From positions 1 through 39,685 of the forward strand of contig JBFYQB010000072.1 in assembly GCA_041302955.1 (NCBI GenBank): 39,685 nt of DNA. Direction: 5' to 3'. This DNA is from Flavobacteriales bacterium (GTDB lineage: Bacteria; Bacteroidota; Bacteroidia; UBA10329). How positions within the stretch are numbered: the first letter of the stretch is position 1; each line of letters starts with the position of its first letter. The position numbers were made by a program, and so were the translations under genes. Below are positions 17,615 to 29,600 of the stretch, piece after piece. The notes beneath the pieces were generated by a model. That model saw nothing but the letters and a program-made list of their open reading frames with translations, was not told the DNA's origin and did not search any database.

Positions 17615-19585
17615 ATGATACCGAAAGATACCATCGCTCAGATATTCGACACCGCACGGGTGGAGGAGGTTGTGGGCGATTTCGTGCATCTCAAGAAGAA
17701 GGGCACCAATCTTTGGGGGCTTTGCCCATTCCACAACGAGAAGTCGCCATCGTTCAGCGTGTCGCCTGCCAAGGGTATCTACAAGTGTTTTGGTTGTGGA
17801 GAAGGTGGCAATTCGGTCAACTTCATCATGGCCCACGAGAAGGTGACCTATCCCGAGGCACTGCGCTATCTGGCCAAGAAATACAACATTGAGGTAAAGG
17901 AGGAAGAGCAGACGCCCGAACAGACGGCCGAGCAGAACGAGCGCGAAAGCCTGTTGCATGTGTTGGCATTTGCGCAGCGCACTTTCACAGAGAATCTGCT
18001 GAACACGGAAGAGGGCCAGACCATCGGCCTTAGCTATTTCAAGGAGCGGGGTTTCAGTATGGAGACCATCGAGAAGTTCCAGCTTGGCTATGCCTTCGAC
18101 CGGTATGATGCCTTCCACACTGCCGCCACCGAGGCGCAGTATCAGCATAAATACCTAGTCGATTCGGGTCTGTGCATAGAGCGTGAAGACAAGCTTCTGG
18201 ACAGGTTCAAGGGCAGGGTCATGTTCCCGATCCACAACTTGTCGGGCAAGGTGATCGCTTTCGGAGGCCGCACGCTGCGCACCGATAAGAAGATCGCCAA
18301 ATACATCAACAGCCCCGAGACCGATGTCTATCACAAGAGCAATGTGCTCTATGGACTTTATCAGGCAAAAAAGGACATTATCACATTGGATGTGTGCTAC
18401 CTGGTGGAGGGCTACACCGATGTCATATCGCTGCATCAGGCAGGCGTGAACAACGTGGTGGCGAGTTCGGGCACAAGCCTCACGGTGGAGCAGATCCGCC
18501 TCATAAAACGCTATACACCCAACCTCACCATCATGTACGATGGTGATGCTGCGGGCATCAAAGCCAGTTTCCGGGGTATTGACCTCGTGTTGGAAGAAGG
18601 GATGAATGTGCGCACGGTGCTCTTTCCTGACGGTGAAGACCCGGATTCCTATTCAAGGAAACATGGTGGCGAGGAGCTGAAGGACTATGTGAAGGCCCAT
18701 GCCACGGACTTCATCGAGTTCAAGACACAGCTCTTGGTGGCCGAAACGCAGGGCGACCCGATCCGCACGGCCGAGCTCATCAAAGAGATCATTGCCAGCA
18801 TCGCGCTGATCCCAGACCCGATTATGCGTAACCTCTATGTGCGCAAGTGCGGCTCCATCATGCAGATGGACGAGGAGGTGCTGATGCTGGAACTGAACCG
18901 CAGGCGCAAGCGCAACTATGACGACAAGCGCAAGCACGAGGGCAAGACCGATGGAGACCAGACCGATGTTGATACTCGCGAAGTCCCGACCATTGCCACC
19001 AAGCCGCAAGTGGAGATCCAGCTGCGCGATTCGGAGGCACAGGAACGCGACATCATCCGCATCCTGATCCTTCATGGAGAAAAATCCATTGCATTGGATG
19101 TTTGGGATGAGGAGCACTTTGCCATCACCGGAATGGAGGATGTGAAGGTGGTGGACTACATCCATACCGAGATCGTGGAGGATGAGCTGAAGTTCGAAAA
19201 CCAACTCTATCAGCGCGTATTTGATGAGTTCGGGGAAATGTTGGGGCGTCAAGAAGTACCTATTGCGCAGCATTTCACGCAGCATCCGGATCCTGAAGTA
19301 GCCACCTTGGCGGTCAACCTTTCCTCATCACCCTATCAGCTCAGCGAGAAATATGGCGACCACAACATAGAGGTGCGCACCGAGGAGTCGATGCTCAAGC
19401 GTTCCGTGCTGTCTTCCATCAATTCCCTCAAGCTGCGCAAGCTGGAGCGAATGGTGCTCGACCTTCAAGAACAGCTAAAGACAGCCGAAGAGGACGATAT
19501 GATGGCGATCCTTGAGAAGATAAAACGCCTGCATGGCGTGAGGCGGCAACTGGCCGACCATATCGGTACAATTGTTTTGAAGTGA
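17615..19585 (+). CDS. dnaG: DNA primase
   Basis: 656 aa. Zinc-ribbon CPFHNEKSPSFSVSPAKGIYKCFGCGEGGN and a TOPRIM region (LVEGYTDVISLHQAG, MYDGDAAG). Confidence 0.95.
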   Translation: MIPKDTIAQIFDTARVEEVVGDFVHLKKKGTNLWGLCPFHNEKSPSFSVSPAKGIYKCFGCGEGGNSVNFIMAHEKVTYPEALRYLAKKYNIEVKEEEQTPEQTAEQNERESLLHVLAFAQRTFTENLLNTEEGQTIGLSYFKERGFSMETIEKFQLGYAFDRYDAFHTAATEAQYQHKYLVDSGLCIEREDKLLDRFKGRVMFPIHNLSGKVIAFGGRTLRTDKKIAKYINSPETDVYHKSNVLYGLYQAKKDIITLDVCYLVEGYTDVISLHQAGVNNVVASSGTSLTVEQIRLIKRYTPNLTIMYDGDAAGIKASFRGIDLVLEEGMNVRTVLFPDGEDPDSYSRKHGGEELKDYVKAHATDFIEFKTQLLVAETQGDPIRTAELIKEIIASIALIPDPIMRNLYVRKCGSIMQMDEEVLMLELNRRRKRNYDDKRKHEGKTDGDQTDVDTREVPTIATKPQVEIQLRDSEAQERDIIRILILHGEKSIALDVWDEEHFAITGMEDVKVVDYIHTEIVEDELKFENQLYQRVFDEFGEMLGRQEVPIAQHFTQHPDPEVATLAVNLSSSPYQLSEKYGDHNIEVRTEESMLKRSVLSSINSLKLRKLERMVLDLQEQLKTAEEDDMMAILEKIKRLHGVRRQLADHIGTIVLK

Positions 19586-19590
19586 TCCAT

Positions 19591-19624
19591 AAAAAAAGGC
19601 CAGAAATTACTCTGGCCTTTTTTA
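19591..19624. terminator. Bidirectional rho-independent terminator between dnaG and the convergent porP/sprF-like gene
   Basis: A7-ggccaga-aattac-tctggcc-T6. The stem is 19598-19604 with 19611-19617, flanked by an A-run and a T-run, so it can act on both strands. Confidence 0.8.
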
Positions 19625-19643
19625 CTTTCTCTTAAGATTTCGT

Positions 19644-20609
19644 CTATTTCTTTTCTGATGGAGGTGTTGTTTCCAGTGTTCCGTTTTCACCGGCTGCAGC
19701 ATCAGCAATGGCTTTCTTTTTCCAGGGACGGAAGCGCACTCCTATCATTACTTCATGACTACCGTCTGAGTAGTTACGAAGATTAGATGTATTCATGTCG
19801 TAGCTATATCCGAACATCAAAAAATCCTTGTAAAGTAATCCGCCCATGAAAGAGACTGCATCATCATGGCGATAAGATGCACCGATCCAGAACTGATCGC
19901 GATAATCTAAACGCAGACCTGCGTCAAACTGCGGAGGAACAGGATACACATATTTCAATAACACATTCGGCATAATACCGAAATTGCCTACATGGAAAGT
20001 GTAAGCACCCATTAGCATAAAGTGACGTGCAAGGGCACTGGAACCATCTCCTTGTCCTGAGTCGAAACTAAGGTTGTTACCTATTATCTGTGGAGCAGAG
20101 AAACCAACAGTAAAGTTCTTGTGATAGAGATTAACACCGAATGTTGCATCTGCAGAGTACGCAGACATTACAGCATTAGGGAAAGCTGGATCTCCCTGTT
20201 GATAGAGGTCAACCTTGGTTCCATCAATTCTGAATTGAAGTATACCAATACTCAAACCCATGCCTAGACGCAGCTTATCAGATAGCTTGAGCTGATAGGC
20301 ATAAGAAATATGGGCTCCAGTGCGACTTGTAGGTCCTGTTACATCGGAGAAGATGGTAACACCCATACCCATGTTGTACTTCCTGAAGGGGCCATGCGCA
20401 GAAAGGATGAACGTGCGAGGTGCATCAGTGATACCGATCCAGTTGAGTCGGTTATTGGATTTGACCTCCCAAAAGTCATTTTTTCCTGTGATGGCAGGAT
20501 TCATCACATAATCATTCATCATGTACTGACTGTACTGAGGAATCTGCTGTCCCATCACAAATGGACCCTGCAAGAGTGCAACCACCGCTATGTATAGAAA
20601 TCTTTTCAT
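19644..20609 (-). CDS. PorP/SprF-family T9SS outer-membrane protein
   Basis: MKRFLYIAVVALLQGPFVMGQQIPQYSQYMMNDYVMNPAITG is the canonical PorP/SprF N-terminus, followed by a beta-barrel-like sequence. It lies immediately downstream of a type-B sorting-domain cargo gene. The ATG at 20609 is preferred over 20630. Confidence 0.85.
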   Translation of the reverse strand: MKRFLYIAVVALLQGPFVMGQQIPQYSQYMMNDYVMNPAITGKNDFWEVKSNNRLNWIGITDAPRTFILSAHGPFRKYNMGMGVTIFSDVTGPTSRTGAHISYAYQLKLSDKLRLGMGLSIGILQFRIDGTKVDLYQQGDPAFPNAVMSAYSADATFGVNLYHKNFTVGFSAPQIIGNNLSFDSGQGDGSSALARHFMLMGAYTFHVGNFGIMPNVLLKYVYPVPPQFDAGLRLDYRDQFWIGASYRHDDAVSFMGGLLYKDFLMFGYSYDMNTSNLRNYSDGSHEVMIGVRFRPWKKKAIADAAAGENGTLETTPPSEKK

Positions 20610-20644
20610 CTGTTTCTGATTGAGGTTCATCGAGTCTTGATGAT

Positions 20645-20687
20645 TTCAGGCCTGAGGAAATCCTGTATGGGATTTGATCAGGCCTGA
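20645..20687 (-). promoter_or_regulatory. Intercistronic stem-loop between the giant adhesin gene and porP/sprF
   Basis: Two copies of the self-complementary decamer tcaggcctga (20645-20654 and 20678-20687) bracket an inner stem aaatcc/ggattt (20658-20663 and 20670-20675). No U-tract follows on the coding (minus) strand. Confidence 0.5.
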
Positions 20688-20694
20688 AAATCTA

Positions 20695-23600
20695 TCATCG
20701 AACAATTGTTATTGGTCCAGTGAAAGGCTGCTCGAAATTGTCAGAACGGATCACATAATAGTATGTGCCAACCGGAAGTTCGTTGCCATCATAACGTCCG
20801 TCCCATGGTATTGGATAACCTGGAGCAGATTGCCATAGCATTTGACCCCACCGATTGTAGATCTCCACGATGGCATCCTCAAATAACTCTATGTTATCAA
20901 TGATCCAAGTATCGTTGATACCATCTCCGTTTGGTGAAATTCCATCAGGGAATCTGATGCCTGGTACCACTTCAACAATTACAGAATCCACATTCGTGCA
21001 ACCATTCTCATCTGTTACTGTTACGTAGTATGTGGTTGATTCTATTGGAGTCGCTTGTGGGTTGGTCACGTTCGGATCATTCAAGGTCTCTATCGGTGCC
21101 CACGTGTAGGTCCACCCAGTTACCACACCATTAGCATTCAAGCCAATGGTTCCACCAGTTGGAATAGTCACGTCATTTCCTGCGTCAACTGTTGGAATGT
21201 TGTACATGGTCACTGTAACCGAATCGGCATCTACGCAGCCGCCTATATCCACAGTCAAGATGTATGTAGTAGTGACAATCGGATTCGCTATCGGATTGGC
21301 GGAATTGGGATTGCTCAAGGTTTCTGATGGACTCCATTGGTAGGAACCGCCACCCGCACCATTGAGTGGAATTGAATCTCCGACACAGAGGTTAATATCT
21401 GTTCCAGCATCTGCGTCAATATTCACCAGTGTTCCAATGCTGTATATCGCTACCAACTCACATCCAGTGGCATCTGTTATCGTCACTGTGTACGCACCAA
21501 AGAGCACGTTATTTAGGTCTTCAGTATTCGCGGAGCTCGGACTCCACTCAAAAGAATATGCTCCCACACCACCAGCAACTGTCAGATTTATCGATCCGTT
21601 TGCTACATTACTGCAGGTGGATGCAGATGTAGTGGCATTGGACACAAGAGCTGGAGGTCCAGAAACGGTAACACTGTTTTGAGTTACACACCCATTTGCA
21701 TCAGTTATGGTTACGGTGTAAGTGCCAACACACAGACCTGTAGCTTGCGACCCCGTTTGGTTTGAAGGGTCATTCCACAAATATGAATAGGGAGCCGTTC
21801 CGCCAACGGGTGTTGTTGTTGCCGTGCCATCACAAGCACCACCACAGGCTTCGTCCACCGCGGTGGTGGCGGTCAACAATAAAGCGGGTTGAGTTATGAT
21901 TACTGTAGCCTGTGTTGTACAGGCAGGGGATTGAGAATCTACAACAGTAACCACATAGTTGCCTGCGCAGAGACCAGTAGCTGTTTGTGAGCTTTGATTG
22001 AAAGAATCACTCCATGAGTACGAAAATGGGCCAACGCCACCAGTTGTGAACACAGTGGCCGTACCGTCACAATCTCCATTGCAAGTGACAGAAGTGAATA
22101 CGGGCACCCCAGCGGCTAGTGCGCCATTATCATTAATGCTCACAGTAGCAGTTGCCGTACACCCGATATCGTCTGTAATTATAACTGTATGATCTCCAAC
22201 ACATAAACCAGTGGCCGTGGTACCTGTTTGTCCATTCGACCATTGATAAGTGAAAGGTGGTGTTCCTCCAACACCTTGCACAGTCGCCTGCCCTGTGCAA
22301 CTTCCTGAGCACAACACTTGAACCGTAGAGGTAATGTTCGCATTCAGAATAGGTGGCTCAGTCAGTTGGAAATCAACCGTATCAGAACATAGACTGGCAT
22401 CAATAACTATTACAGAATATTGACCTGCGCAAAGGCCTGTGATAGTATTTCCGACACCAAAATTAGACCAGATGACGGTATAGGGCGCAGTACCACCAGA
22501 AATGTTCACTGTTGCCTCTCCATCGCATACTCCACCGCAGCTGGCATTTATCGTGGTAACGGTCGCAACCAGTACAGGTGGTTCTGTTATTGTCACAGAA
22601 GCAGTAGTGGCACATCCATTGGCATCGGTAATCGTTACGGTATAAGTGCCAGCACATAAATTAATTGCCGAAGCTGAGGTCTGTCCATTCGGATCATCCC
22701 ATAGGAACGAATAAGGGGCGGTACCACCTTGGGTCAACACTGTAGCTACACCATCGCAAAGACCCCCGCAAGAGATGTTGATGCCTTGTCCGATAGACAC
22801 AAGTGGAAGTGGTTCAGTAACGATTGCTGCACTGGCGTTTGTACAGCCATTCGCATCAGTGACAATAACGTTATAGATTCCTGGGCACAAGGCCGTAACG
22901 GTGTCATTTTGAGTAAGTGCTGGGTCTGTCCATTGATAATCATAGGGTGCAGTTCCACCTGTAGCAGATACATAGACCTCGCCATCGCAATCCCCATTGC
23001 AGCTTACACCTTGAGCAGATGTGGTTACAATAATGTCAGATGGCTCCGCAATGGTCACTTGAGTCGAGTCCTCACAACCAGCAATATCTGTTACAACAAC
23101 TGTATAGACGCCCGCACAGAGTGCTACAACAGTATCATTTGCAGTCAGCAAAGGGTCATTCCAAGTAAATGAGAATGTACCAGTACCTCCAGAAGCTGAA
23201 GCATATGCTTCGCCATCACACACCCCAAAACAGGAAGCATCCAGACTTGAAGTATTTATAACAATAGCATTCGGTTCATCTATAGTTATTGCAGAAGTTA
23301 CTGAACAGCCATTCGCATCACTAATTGTGGCAGTGTAGACTCCTGCGCAAAGTCCAGTTGCGGTGGGCAGGTTACCACCAGAAGGAGACCAACTAACGGT
23401 GTAAGGAAGAGTTCCCCCAGAGGCAATGATGGTAACTTCTCCATCGCATGCTCCAAAGCAACTAGCATCTGTTATCAAGGGCAGGCTGACAGAGATTACA
23501 GTTGGCTCGCTTATAGTGACCTGACCAACAGTAATACATCCATTTGCATCCGTAACAGTGACACTGTATGAACCTGCACAGAGCCCTGTAGCATTGCTAG

Positions 23601-26600
23601 TCGTTTGAGTAGCAGGGTCATTCCAGTTAAAGGAGTAAGGTGCTGTTCCACCAGTTGCGGTTACAGTAGCTGTTCCATCACATGTTCCATTGCAAGAAAC
23701 ATCGGTGCTAATAGTACTTAGCAGTGGGCCGTTGACATTATTTACTGGTACCACTACCGAAGCATTACATCCGCTACCGTCCGTTATAGTTACAGCATAA
23801 GTTCCTGACGCCAATCCCGTTGCTGAGTTTGTAGACGAGACATTAGGATTCCAAGAATAGGTGTAAGGACCTCCGTCACCTCCAGATGGCGTTAGGGTTA
23901 TACCGCCATTTGCACTTCCACAAGTGGCAGGGATGGATGAATACGAAGGAATGATCTGAGCAGGTTCAGAGATAGTTACAGCTTGTGTGAATATACATCC
24001 CAGACTATCTATTATCTGTAGATTGTAGACACCAGCACAAACTCCTGATATAGAACTTGAGGTCTGGCCTCCTGGCACCCATAGGTAAGTGTAAGGAGCG
24101 GTACCACCAACAATGTTGTTAACGGAAGCCGAGCCATCACAAACTCCGAAGCAAGAAGCATCAGTAGTTGTAACTGTCGCGCTTGTTGGAGCCCCATCAT
24201 TATTTACTGGAATGATGAAATTCTGTATGCAACCAAATTGATCGATAACATCAACATTGTATACCCCTGGGCACAGTCCTGTTACAGTTGAGGTTGTTTG
24301 GCCATCGCCCCACAGGTATGTATATGGCTGAACACCACCCGTGGGTGCTACGCTTGCTTGTCCATTACATTGTCCACAGGTCGCATTTGTAACAGTAGAA
24401 TTCGCAGTGATCTCCGTTGGCTGGAAGATGTTCACAGAAGCATTTGCAATACAGCCATTCGCATCCGTAACAATAACATCATAAGGTCCAGGACAAAGAT
24501 TTGATGCTGTGATAGTGGATTGCCCATTAGGGTCATTCCATTGGTAGGAGTATGGAAATGTACCACCTGTTGTGAAGGCCGTTGACGTTCCATCGCAAAT
24601 GCCAAAACAGTCTGGATCGTTGGCAGTTGTGCTCGCAGACAGTACAGCAGGTTGAGCAATGATAACAGTAGAAATAGATATACATCCGTTTGCATCCGTC
24701 ACAGTAACGGATGTTGCTCCTGGACATAATCCATTAGCAACCGTTCCAGTTTGGTTGGCAGGGTCATTCCATTGATACGTGTAGGGTGCGGTTCCACCAG
24801 AGGCAGTTACCGTAGCCGTACCGTCACAAGCAGCATTACAAGAAGCATTCACCTGAGATGTGATTACTGAGGTCAATCCATTCGGTCCTGTAATGGAAAC
24901 CGAGGCCGTTTGGACACAGCCATTTGCATCAACCACCGAAACAATATAACTGCTAGCGCAAAGTCCCGTTGCAGTCTGGGTTGTTTGCGATGCTGGATCA
25001 CTCCATGTTATAGAGTACGGACCAACACCTCCGGTGACATTTGCAGTAGCCTCACCTACACAGACTCCGTCACATTGAAGGTTTATGATATTACTGAAAG
25101 CAATGTTGATTGGTGCGGGTTCATTTATGGTGATACTTACCACAAAATCACAATTGTTCGCATCGGTCACCGTTGCACTATAAGTTCCTGCGCACAGCCC
25201 AGTGGCAATTGCGGTGGTCTGTGCGGCTGGATCGTCCCATAAGTAATTGAATGGAGCGGTTCCGCCTTGAACGGTCACTGAGGCAGTGCCATCACAAATG
25301 CCATTGCAGGTAACATCTGTACCCACTACAGAGGCAGTAAGCCCGACAGGATTATTCACTGTTCCATTAACAACATCAGTACATCCATTTGCATCTGTTA
25401 CAACTACAGAATATGTGCCCGCACATAAGTTTCCAGCGGTCGCAGTGATCTGAGTGGCAGGGTCATTCCACTGATAAGTAAAGGGAATGGTTCCACCTGA
25501 AGGAATCACTGTAATAGCGCCATCACAATTGCCAGCACACGTTCCGTTGTCGATAATAAGCAGCGAAAGACCGATTTGATCTGGAGCCTCAATCGTGGTC
25601 TGACCCACTGAAATACAACCATCCGCGCCTGTAACGGTAACGGTGTAAAGCCCTTCGCAGAGACCACTTGCTGTTGCAGTGGTTTGCGTGCCAGCATCAT
25701 CCCATACAAAGCTGAATGGGGCCGTACCACCTGTGGTGGTTACAGTTGCACTGCCATTGCAGGCAGCGTCACAAAGCGGATCTGTACCTACTACAAATAG
25801 CGTTGCAGATGGAAAATCATTCAACAATACCGTCACAGGTTCTTCGCAACCTGTAGCATCCGTGACTGTGATGTTATAGACACCAGCACACAAACCTGAT
25901 GCATTTGATACGTTGCCTACAACAGCAGGTGACCAATCGTAAGTGAATGGGGCAACTCCAGATATGGGAGTGAGCGCAATAACACCATCACATAGACCAC
26001 AGCTCGAGTTAGTAACGGTTTGGCCAATTTGAATTTGTGCCGGGGACCCAATAGTAACAGGTTCTGTATAAATACATCCGTCCGCATCCTGAATCTGGAC
26101 GAAGTAAGTTCCAGCACAAAGACCAGACGCGCTGTTCGTGTTTTGTCCACCTGGTACCCACTGATAGGTATACGGAGTAGAGCCACCGACAGGGTTTAGC
26201 GTAGCAGAGCCATCACAAATGCCAAAACAGCTGGTATTTGTGATCACAGGATTACCAGAGGTTGGACCTGTAGTATTGTCAACAGGAACAAAAAATGTAT
26301 TGGTACAGCCGTTGGCATCGGTCACTTCAACCTGATATATTCCAGCACATATGTTGTTCAAAGTTGAGTTGGTTGCGCCTGTATTCCATAGGTATGAATA
26401 GGGTGCCTGACCATTAGATGGTGTAACAGTCACACTGCCATCGCACACTCCGCAAGAAGCATCGGTTACGCTAGAGGAAATTTGTATTGGAACTGGTTCG
26501 TTAACTGTGGCCAGTGAGTCGTTGCTGCCTGATCCACCGAAATTCAGACTCCAATCGAATATGAAACCATCATCTATGCTGAGATTATCCGTAACGGTGA

Positions 26601-29600
26601 CGGTCCAGTTACCATTCAGAGGACAACCTATAAAGCCATTGAAGGACTGGAAAGGAGTGTAGGTGCCCGGGGTCATTGAATTACTAGGAGCATTACCCGC
26701 TGTGACCCAGTTTCCGTTCGTGTTCTCTTGCAGAATTGTTCCAAAGGATGCAGTTGCAGAGAAACAATATTCGGCACCAGTTCCAGGAGTTCCATTTGCG
26801 CCCGCATCATTTGCCGCGCCAAGATAGGTGCCTGCGCCTCCAGGGTATTGCTTCAAAACCACGGTCTGGCCGTTTGGACATGTAAGACTCATCTCCAGAT
26901 CACCAAGATAGGAGTGCTCCATATTGATACAGATATCTTGAAGGTCTGTGGCAGATGTGATGGTGCTATTGGAAGGGAATCCGGTAATGGCAATCGAAGT
27001 GTTGTAAGAAACGCCATTACCATCAGGTAAAGCCAAAGTTCCACCCGCAAACGATCCCCCTAATGTTATCTGACTTGATGTGCAACCATTCGCATCGGTT
27101 ACTACTACAGAGTAATCTCCAACAGGCAGGTTATTGATGTCCTCAGTGGTTTGGCCGCCTGGGAACCACTGATATATGTACGGTGCTGTGCCGCCTGTTA
27201 CGGTCATATCAATAGAACCGTCAGAGGCACCATTACAACTCACATCGGTAACATCCAATGTGATAATGATAGGACTCGGTTCGGTAATGGAAACTGTTTG
27301 CTGTACAGAGCAACCTATATTATCCGTGGCGGTGAATGTATAAGTTCCAGCGCAGAGACTCGAAAGACCAAGGCCTGTGCTTCCAGAGGGCTGCCATAAG
27401 TATGTGAATGGAGCATTACTTCCCGTTACCGTAGCTGTAGCAGTTCCATCACAATCCCCATTGCAACTCACATTGGTGCTTGCCATTGATACTTGAATCT
27501 GATTGTCATTTATAGTGAATTGAGCTATATCAGAACAACCATTGGCATCTGTAACCAATACTTGATAAGAACCTCCACACAGGTTGCTAATGCTAGCACC
27601 GGTTCCTATGTTCGGTGTCCACGTATAAGTGTACGGAGCTGTACCTCCCGTCACGTTTACACCTGCCGTTCCGTTACATGACCCATTGCAAGTTGCATTT
27701 GTGGAAGTAGGATTAAGCAGGAAAGTATTTGGCTGAGTAATGGTAATTGAGAGATTATTGCTACATCCTTGATTGTCTGTAACCGTTACTGTATAGAGTC
27801 CTGGACCAAGGTTGCTAAGATCTTGCGTTACCTCCCCACCGGGAAGCCATGAATAGGTATAAGGTGCGACACCTCCAGATACCGAAAGATTGATAGAACC
27901 ATCATTTGCGCCACTGCAGGAAACATTAACATGAGTTTCTGTAAGTACAATTTGTGGGGACTGATTGATTGTGAATTGACCAGTAATTGAGCATCCGCTG
28001 GCATCGGTAGCAACACCAATGTAAGTGCCTGCCGCAACATTGATAAGATCTTCCGAATTTATGTTTCCAGGATTCCACACCACAGAATATGGTGCTGTTC
28101 CACCAAACAGGGTAACATCTATCGAGCCATTAGTCGCACCGAAACAGCCTACGGGAGTAATGTTTAACTGACCTCCGAGATTTGGTGGTGTTGTCAACGT
28201 GAATGACTGCGTGACCTGACAACCTGTACCTTGATCGGTGATAATTACATTATAGGTTCCCCCAGAAAGGTTGCTCAAATTCTGAGTGCTCGCTCCATTT
28301 GACCAAGTATAAGTGAACGGCCCCACACCACCAGAAACGACAAGACTTATAGAACCGTTGGACGTTCCTGTGCATGTTGGATTGACGGCAGTACCACTTA
28401 CTGATGGCGACCCTTGGTTATTTAGGTTCAGTGTGGTATCAAATGAACATCCGTTAAGATCGGTCACTGTAACCGTATAAAGACCAGCTCCCAAACCACT
28501 GATGTCTTCCGTAATAGCACCGTTGGACCAAACAAATGAATAAGGGGCACTACCACCTGTAACGCTCACATTGATTGCGCCATTGATGAGCCCACAGGAA
28601 GGTGAAGTTGGAGCACTTGTCACCACCAGTTCGTTACCTGCTTGAACTGGGAATGATCCGAATGCTACACATCCAGTTATATTGTCAGTTACTGTGACAA
28701 CGTATGTGCCATCAGCAAGTCCACTTATATCTTCGGTTGCAGGGCCATTTGACCAACTGTAGGTGAAGTCACCGCTTCCATCCGTAACAGACACATCAAT
28801 CGAGCCATTGTTAGAGACACAATTTGTTCCATCGGTCACTACGCCATCCACAGTGTGACCAGGAAAATTATTTACGATTACAGTAACCTGCTCTGAACAA
28901 CCAAGAACGTTATCTACAACAGTAACATCATAAATCCCAGCCGCCAAACCACTTAGGTTCTGAGTTGATTGTCCACTAGGGAGCCAAGTGTATCCATAGT
29001 TTCCAGAACCGCCCAACACCGTAAGATTGATGCCACCGTCAGACGCACCACACGCTGCGCTGCTGCTGATGTAGGAGACCAAAAGCGTTGAACCATCAAT
29101 TATAGTAACTGGCAAACTTGCCGTACAACCATTATCATCGGTCACAGTGACCACATAAAATCCTGCACTCAAACCATTTAAATCCTGCGTAACCGCGCCA
29201 TTGGACCAGCTGTAACTATAAGGTGCGGTGCCTCCAGAAACGGAGATGTTTATTGCACCATTTGCGAGACCATCACAACTAACATTCGTGTGTGTCTCAG
29301 TGATTGTAATGGGAGATGGTTGCGACACCGTAACTGCTGGAGGAGTGAAGGTGCAACCTATGTCATCTGTTACGGTAAGGGTGTAGGAACCGGCATCAAG
29401 GCCCGCTATATCTTCAGTTATCTGACCATCAGGAGACCACAGGAAAGTATAAGGCGGTGTTCCGCCAAATGTTCCCGAGGATGATATCGCACCATCTGTA
29501 CCACCATTGCAGCTTACATCCGTAGGTGTCAATGTAACAGACCAATCAGGCTCTTGGTTAATGGTATATGGTTGGCTTTGGGAACATCCATTATCATCAG

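Noticed and set aside
17516-18148. 210-aa minus-strand ORF overlapping the dnaG 5' region, and the 210-aa ORF at 18653-19285
   Set aside because: Both are antisense to dnaG, which has zinc-ribbon and TOPRIM motifs, and neither contains any recognisable motif.
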